64,000 bases of DNA from Octopus vulgaris (Eukaryota): NCBI GenBank assembly GCA_951406725.2, contig OX597830.1, positions 60,202,001 to 60,266,000 of the forward strand. Reading direction: 5' to 3'. How positions within the stretch are numbered: position 1 is the stretch's first letter; each line of letters begins with the position of its first letter. Positions 56,702 to 64,000 of this stretch are shown here, piece by piece. Below the pieces are notes generated by a model. The model worked only from the letters and a program-made list of their open reading frames with translations. It was not told the DNA's origin and did no database searches. A program made the translations under genes and the position numbers.

Positions 56702-58091
56702 GTGTGTGTGTATGTGAGAGGGAAAGTGAGAGAGAGAAATGAAGAAAGCGTGTGAGCGTGTACGTGTTTGTGTGTTTGAGACAACAGCACCGGTTTCAAC
56801 TAGCGTTATAGATTGGTAAGTACCATAAAAATTTTGTGTTGGACTTGATGTAATCAACTTAATTTTTTTCTTTCGATGCCCCAGCACGTGTGTAGTCGAA
56901 TGACTATAAGAGTAACTTTGCAAGAAAAAAAAAGTATTTATTTGCGCCTACTTGTGTGTATATGTGTGTTGGTGAAGTGTTTGCATATATATACGTGTGC
57001 GCGCGCGTGTGTGTGTCTGTGTGTGTCTGTGTCTGTATGTCTGTGTGTCTGTCTATGGGTGTACATGATAAATTCTGAACGCGTATATCACGTGAAACGT
57101 CAAGTAAGTAGATCTACACATGTATTCCAAACTAAACCGAAATTGCAATACAGTTAACCGGAAGCCTTTATCTTCCTCTAACCATCTCCAGGCCTGGCGA
57201 TATCATTCTATAGTAATACAAAAACAACAAAGCATGATGTAACCATGCTTTGTTAGAGACCAGTTTACACATCATCGGCGAAATAGCATTATTCATTCAA
57301 AAAGACTCCAATGCATATGGCGTATCCTGGTATACAAACAATTCAGATATCACTAGATGTAAGACAATAGCATTGCATCTAAAATACGTTCTTCAATCCC
57401 AAACCATCCACACCAACACATTCACATCCAAAACTAATTACATTAACTCCTACTTCTGTTACAGCCTATGATAAATATACTGTAAACAACCCACCAGCAC
57501 TGCCCCGACGAATTCGCTATCAAAATGGTGTTTAGGTATAATAAAAGGATAAATGATTTGAATAATAATAATTTGCGAAAATAACTAAATCTTCGAAGAT
57601 ATATTAATTCCCAAAATAGCAAACATGACAGTCAAAATACAAAATAAACTTGTTGCTTTTATCACACAATTCAAGATGAAATTTTCTACCGAAAATATCC
57701 GAGGAACTAACACATCTTTGTCTTCCTAATCTAATTCCTCCGTATTTGCTGCCATTTATTGTTCAACTTCTGCTTTAAAGGTATATTTTGGTATTTTCAA
57801 GCTTTATCTCGTTAAATTATACGACTTCGTTTTTGTATGAATAAACAGTTTTGACATTTATTTTCGTAACTTAATAGCTTTGACTAATAATCTACCAACG
57901 TATATGTCAGTCGGTCAGATATTTCTACAATATCATAAAGCGTATATATATATATATAAACACACACACACACATACACGCACACACGCACACATATATA
58001 CATATATATGCATACATGTATGTATGTATATGTATGTATGTATATATATATGTATATATATATATACATATAATACATATACATATATATA

Positions 58092-58155
<64 letters not shown>

Positions 58156-58468
58156 AAATGGGACAAGAACGCAGAACATCCGGACAGCTAGGTGATACAA
58201 AAAGGGACAACAAAACATCCAGATATACGATACAAAGAAAACAAGGACGGGTCATTCGGAGTTTTCTATCTTCAGTCAAGCACCAGATTATCCTCGCAAT
58301 TTTGGCTGATTATTCTTCAGATTGCTCCAATCTGGTCAGCCCCAAGGAAAAACTAAGCTAAGAGCATTAGATTCCTTGGAAGCATGCAGCGAATGTATAC
58401 AAAAACAAGGACGGAAAAAACGGACAATGTTACACAAATATACATACAATAAAAATACAATAAAAATG

Positions 58469-60533
58469 TCTATACTATAATGGAGAAAGGTGCTTATTAA
58501 TTAGGTATGTAACAATTACTAAAAGTACTACAAGAAAGCAATATTAAAAGCTTGACCGTCTAGAAATATTTTTATAAATTCATGCTCTAAGAAATTCGAT
58601 TTCTGAAGTTTATTGAATTTTTTAAATTCCAGATTCTCTCAAATTTAAATATTCATTGCATTTATTGCGTTCAGTTCTTCATAAATGTAAATATTCATTG
58701 CATTCACTGCGGAGTAGATTTTAATGTTTAATAATAAACACTATTAATTCGTTGCAGGCAACATTTTACGTTTTTATATGCAGCAGTCTCTCATTCTCGC
58801 TCGCTTCTATTTACATTAAGGATAATTTAATAATATCTATATAACTTTCATACGAGACACAATTTCAAGAATATTATCAGTTTCCAGAGTTTGTTAAATG
58901 AATATTTTTGATAAGATGAAAATTCTTTAACATACCGGTATAATTTTTTTTCTTTAAATGAAGAAGTGATTTTGTTGTATGGTTACTTGGAATGCTATAA
59001 GCCTTACATTAATAACTATGTGATCACTGCTATTTCTAGCACGCTAAACAAGATAGTTTTTAACGAGCTTTCATTTATATATAATATGCGACTGAAAAAG
59101 AAAATTTAGCAGCAAAGGCACAACAATAAAGAAAAAGACGGCCAACAGGATTAGATGAACCAGGGCAAAGCGACTGAAACAGATGCCTGAATATGCACGG
59201 AGACGTACATATGATTCTGTTTCCGCTACACATGACCGACTGGTTTGGGTATCTCGAGAGGAGAATATTCTACTTCAAAATAATGGTGTTGGCTCAGATA
59301 TTGTTGATGAAACACTAAAGAGATCTTTTCTTTGCGATCATGTGGAAGTAGTGGAGTTGACAACCAATCTAAGACTTCTTACAGAAGGTCATTCTGATGA
59401 AAGAGAGTCTGCTAATTACCTTCTTGATGTAGGAAATGGTAACATTTCTGTTGAACAAAGCCTAGGTGAATTCAAAATCAAACTACCCAATGATCCTTGC
59501 CTTCAAAGTGTACTCTTTCAGATCTGTGTGATTTCAGATCTGTGTTGACCTCAAAAATAACTTCACAAACCCTGTGTGGCTTGCAAATAGAACTATCATT
59601 ACTTCAACAAATGAAGCAGCACAATTTGTGAATGATTTTATGTTGACCAGGTTCCCTGATGAGCTAAAAATATACTGAAGCTCAGATACAGTTGATAATG
59701 AAACTCTGTCCCCAATCGAGTTCATCAACAAACTGGCACACATTTCATCATTGTCAGTTTACATGATCATGTTAGTTAGTTAGTTAGTTAATTTTTGGCT
59801 CAAAAAGCAAAAAGCAAGGCCATGTAGGGGGACATGGAGTTATGTACCGGGTGGTGTTCATGCAAAGAGTTCAGGCCACTTGAGGTCAAAGGAGACTTTG
59901 AACCGAGCGGTTGTTGGCATCTTCACTATCTCGTCCGGCAGCTTATTCCACGGATCCGCAACCCGGACGGAGAAAGCCCTTCTCCTTCGATTGAGATGAA
60001 ATCGTCGCAGATATAGCTTTTCGGAATGACCCCGCAGCCGACGCTCTGGAGCAGGAGTGAAGAACAGCTCTTTCGAGAGGTTACACTTTCCGCTTATGAT
60101 GTTGTGAGCAAGAATGAGATCTCCACGGCGTCGTCATTTTTCTAGAGAATAAAGGTCGAGCGTCTTCAGCCTTTCTTCATAAGACAAATTCTTGAGACCA
60201 AGAACAATATCATGTTATTGAAGCTGAGGTTGCTTCTGGTCCTTATTCAAGATCAACTCCCAAGAATACCACAGGTATCTCAAGAACTGAAATTTACATT
60301 TACATTTACACGCAAACAATTTCCTGTGAAGCCAGCTTTTGCCTTGATGTGCAACAAGGCATAGGGACAGACTATTGAACAAATCGGAACATATCTTACG
60401 ACACAATTCTTCTCATATGATCAGCTGTATATTATCTAGAGTTCAAAAGAGGGCTAATGTAAAAATATTGGCTGAGAGAAATGGAAAGAGTATGATTACT
60501 GACAATTGTGATTACAAGGAGATACTACTTTAA
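58469..60533 (+). mobile_element. Helitron relic with Pif1 helicase C-terminal motifs
   Basis: TCTATACTATAA start; ELTTNLRL...YLLDVGNG; WLANRTII..TN; RKQFPVKPAFAL..NKA*GQT; YKEIL*. Confidence 0.8.
59775..60208 (-). mobile_element. CR1-clade LINE 3' fragment nested in the Helitron
   Basis: LSYEERLKTLDLYSLE..RRRGDLI...LRGHSEKL...FSVRVADPWNKLP; (TAAC)n tail; TSD atcatgtta (59766-59774 / 60209-60217). Confidence 0.9.
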
Positions 60534-60815
60534 AGCAAAATATGCTTTTTAGCACATTTCAGTAAATTGAATTAATGCATAAATTAATATGTAAAGTAAC
60601 ATATATTTGTCTGGAATAAAATTGTTTTGACGTATTTCAACACATGTCAAAGGAATGATATCGTTATATTAGACCATTTAAAATTTGGGTATATTTGAAA
60701 AAGGAAGGAGACGTCATTCTCATATGTTCTCACAGACTTTTGTGTGCGTGAGTGTATCACACCCTCCTTCCCCATCCATCCATCCATGTATGTATGTATG
60801 TATCTATCTATCTAT

Positions 60816-61046
60816 CTATTTCTTTACTACCCACAAGGGGCTAAACACAGAGAAGACAAACAAGGACAGACAAACGGATTAAGTCGATTATATCGGCCTC
60901 AGTGTGTAACTGGTAATTATTTAATCGACCCCGAGAAGATGAAAGGCAAAGTCGACCTCGGCGGAATTTGAACTCAGAACGTAACGGCAGACGAAATACG
61001 GCTACGCATTTCGCCCGGCGAGCTAACGTTTCTGCCAGCTCGCCGC

Positions 61047-61048
<2 letters not shown>
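60816..61048 (-). mobile_element. SINE family C, full length, in (CTAT)n
   Basis: Matches 42131-42360; (CTAT)n on both sides, extending to ~61370. Confidence 0.9.
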
Positions 61049-61113
<65 letters not shown>

Positions 61114-61164
61114 CCTATCTATCTATCTACCTATGTATCTATCTATCTATCTATCTATCTATCC

Positions 61165-61255
<91 letters not shown>

Positions 61256-61256
61256 C

Positions 61257-61325
<69 letters not shown>

Positions 61326-61330
61326 ACTAA

Positions 61331-61371
<41 letters not shown>

Positions 61372-61706
61372 CAACAAAAATATTTTTGTTGTTTTTGTAA
61401 AATCTCAGAAAATAATATCTATCTATATATCTGTCTATCTATGCATACCTATGTAAGTTCTACCAATTATTAATGATAAATATATCTAACATATTGGCTC
61501 TTTAAAAAAGAGAGATTATGATTGATAACATAATGACAGCCATATTTACTAAGCAAGAGAGCACCATTATACAAAGAAATAATTCGACGTCAAATATCAT
61601 AAAAATTACTAGAATCGAGAATCAAATATGGAAATATTATTGAATGGCTAGTATATATTATACGCATCTATGCACATACACTTACGTATATGAAAAAATA
61701 CATAAT

Positions 61707-61763
<57 letters not shown>

Positions 61764-61792
61764 ATATATATATATACACATATGTATATACA

Positions 61793-61999
61793 TAGTTAAA
61801 TTTAATCCAAACTAGAAAGCACAAAAAAAACAACAACTCGAGGACGTGGAACAAACATAGTATTATTGGACGCTCAGGAAAGAAGGAGAGAAGGAGGGTT
61901 TAACGTTTCAAGCGGAGCTCTTCGTCGGAAACATAGGAGAAGGAAAGATCCAAAGAAGGGAAGACAGAGGAAAAAAATCGCCAACGGTACACACGAGGT

Positions 62000-62001
<2 letters not shown>
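61793..62001 (-). mobile_element. Family D element (hammerhead 61898-61932)
   Basis: Reverse complement of 6643-6848; stem II GAGC/GCUU wobble. Confidence 0.75.
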
Positions 62002-62087
<86 letters not shown>

Positions 62088-62302
62088 TGCTTATATACAT
62101 ACATGCACACCCAATCGTATGTATACATGTGAACGTAAATGTCTCCTGATGTTACTGGATTAAGGTAGTAAATTGTAAAATATGCAAAGGAAACATGATG
62201 AATGGAGATAAACTGAGAGAATTAGTTAAATTTCCTATTGAAATGAAAAAAGGGAGAAGGAAAGAGGGTAAGAAATGCATATGTGTTCGCGCGTGTGTAC
62301 GA

Positions 62303-62363
<61 letters not shown>

Positions 62364-62663
62364 AGAATGAGAGAGAGATTGAAATAGATAGATGAAGAAA
62401 GAAAGAAACAAGGTAAATAAGAGGGCGCTCTTAGGGAGCTCTCGTCATGCTGTCTCTTTGAGAGGTAAGATCGATATCTATATTAGGTTGTTGTCCTTAC
62501 ACCACTTCTCTGCGGCACTGAATCGTGAACTCCATACACGAAGTATGTTTAGCAATTTCATTGTTATTATTTGCTGTGCTCCAGATACAAACGCAACGTC
62601 AAATGAAGGGACAAACTAAAACATGATTCTACATTGTTGACGCGTAACACGGCTGATATTTAA

Positions 62664-62871
62664 TCTTTTACTTGTTTCAGTCATTTGACTGCGGCCATGC
62701 TAGAGCACCGCCTTTAATCGAGCAAATCGACCCCGGGACTTATTCTTTTGTAAGCTTATTCTATCTGTCTCTTTTGCCGAACCGCTAAGTAACGGGGACA
62801 TAAACACACCAGCGTCGGTTGTCAAGCAATGCTAGGGGGACAAACACAGACACACAAACACACACACACTC

Positions 62872-62904
<33 letters not shown>

Positions 62905-63070
62905 TACGACGGGCTTCTTTCAGTTTCCGTCTACCAAATCCACTCACAAGGCTTTGGTCAGCCCGAGGCTACAGTAGAAGACATTTGCCCAAGGTGCCAT
63001 GCAGTGGGACTGAACCCGGAACCATATGGTTGGTAAACGAGCTACTTACCACACAGCCACTCCTGCGCCT
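62664..63070 (-). mobile_element. SINE family A, full length
   Basis: Minus-strand head aggcgcaggagtggctgtgtgg with A/B-box-like motifs, internal TA/CA tract, tail gactgaaacaagtaaaaga. Confidence 0.9.
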
Positions 63071-63328
63071 TCTTTTTTTTTTTTCTTCTTTCAGGATTCA
63101 AATGTGATGTCCAAAACAGTTATTCGAAACCTGATGTAGCCGTTTAAGACAATTTGCCATCCGTAACAAAGCTAGTTACAGCTTTCCGTCGAGCCAGAAA
63201 TTGTTCAACTGCATTTCTGACGGCAAGAACGACAAGAGCGTTTTTATAACCCACTGCAGAACAAATATTAAAGGGAACCTCGGTTGTAATGCATCGATTT
63301 TTGGTTTTCGCGCAGATGCGTATGTGTG

Positions 63329-63386
<58 letters not shown>

Positions 63387-63554
63387 CATGTATGTATGTA
63401 TGTATATACATATATATATTTCTTGCGTTATCGATGTCTATTTCTACATTGGCGCGTCCTCTTCCCAGTTATCTAAGAGAATTTCCAATCATTATTCTTC
63501 ATTTAGGGATAGCAGTAAACGTTATACCACAGAGCTAAGTAAATTGGTTTGGTT

Positions 63555-63650
63555 TTGTTCAAGAAGATAACGCAACGCCCGGTCTGGGAATCGAACCCAC
63601 GATCTCGTAAACATGAGTGCGGCACCTTAATCACTAAGCCATGCACCTTC
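63555..63650 (-). mobile_element. SINE family B head relic
   Basis: caacgcccggtctgggaatcgaaccc...cactaagccatgc. Confidence 0.65.
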
Positions 63651-63733
63651 ACACACACACACAAACACACACATATATATATGCATATGTATATATATAT
63701 GTGCATGTGTGTGTATGCACGTATGTTTGTATG

Positions 63734-63781
<48 letters not shown>

Positions 63782-64000
63782 TGTATATGTCAGGTCACTT
63801 TCGACTGCTACTGGTAACATGTAACCCAGTACAACCTGTTGCATGGTCGGGAGCGTGTTTATTGGACACCCTGCGGGATGAAAAACAAAACCCGTCAAAG
63901 GGCGGAGGAACTCTTGAGAGTCAACGGCGATCCAATATATGTGTAATTTTTTTTCTTAAGGCTTAAAGCTGTATCATGCGCGGGGATCTATTATCACTGA

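Noticed and set aside
57226-57254. 11-bp hairpin aacaaagcatg/catgctttgtt
   Set aside because: Isolated, with no supporting context.
58153-58460. TA-adjacent segment with two minus-strand CUGAAGA motifs
   Set aside because: No proper stem II, GAAA and NUH arrangement; at most a degenerate relic, and single-copy here.

Overview
AT-rich, microsatellite-dense animal genomic DNA. The SINE repertoire is one I associate with Octopus/coleoid cephalopods (inference, not verified). Almost all ORF-track hits are microsatellite translations. Recognisable content: three tRNA-headed SINE families in many copies, several with clear TSDs; many 5'-truncated R4/Dong-type (RLE) LINE relics at (TAA)n tracts; RTE, CR1, L1/Tx1 and CRE relics; a full-length dead mariner; a Tc1 end; Merlin-like and hAT MITEs; and Helitron/Helentron pieces. 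Two things stand out. (1) Eight hammerhead-ribozyme motifs of four sequence types lie in small elements in or beside (TA)n tracts: one complete type I hammerhead inside a fold-back cassette (10937-10995), two minimal-hammerhead families with covarying stems, and one with an extended stem II. They point to Penelope/retrozyme-like elements. (2) A phase-consistent chain of candidate minus-strand host exons (39617-39807, 38755-38784, 29560-29611, 29254-29322) encodes a divergent fucolectin/discoidin-like peptide, with a dual-donor micro-exon, a duplicated acceptor and a possible paralog relic at 16.7 kb. No database searches or folding calculations were run; all calls come from reading the sequence.
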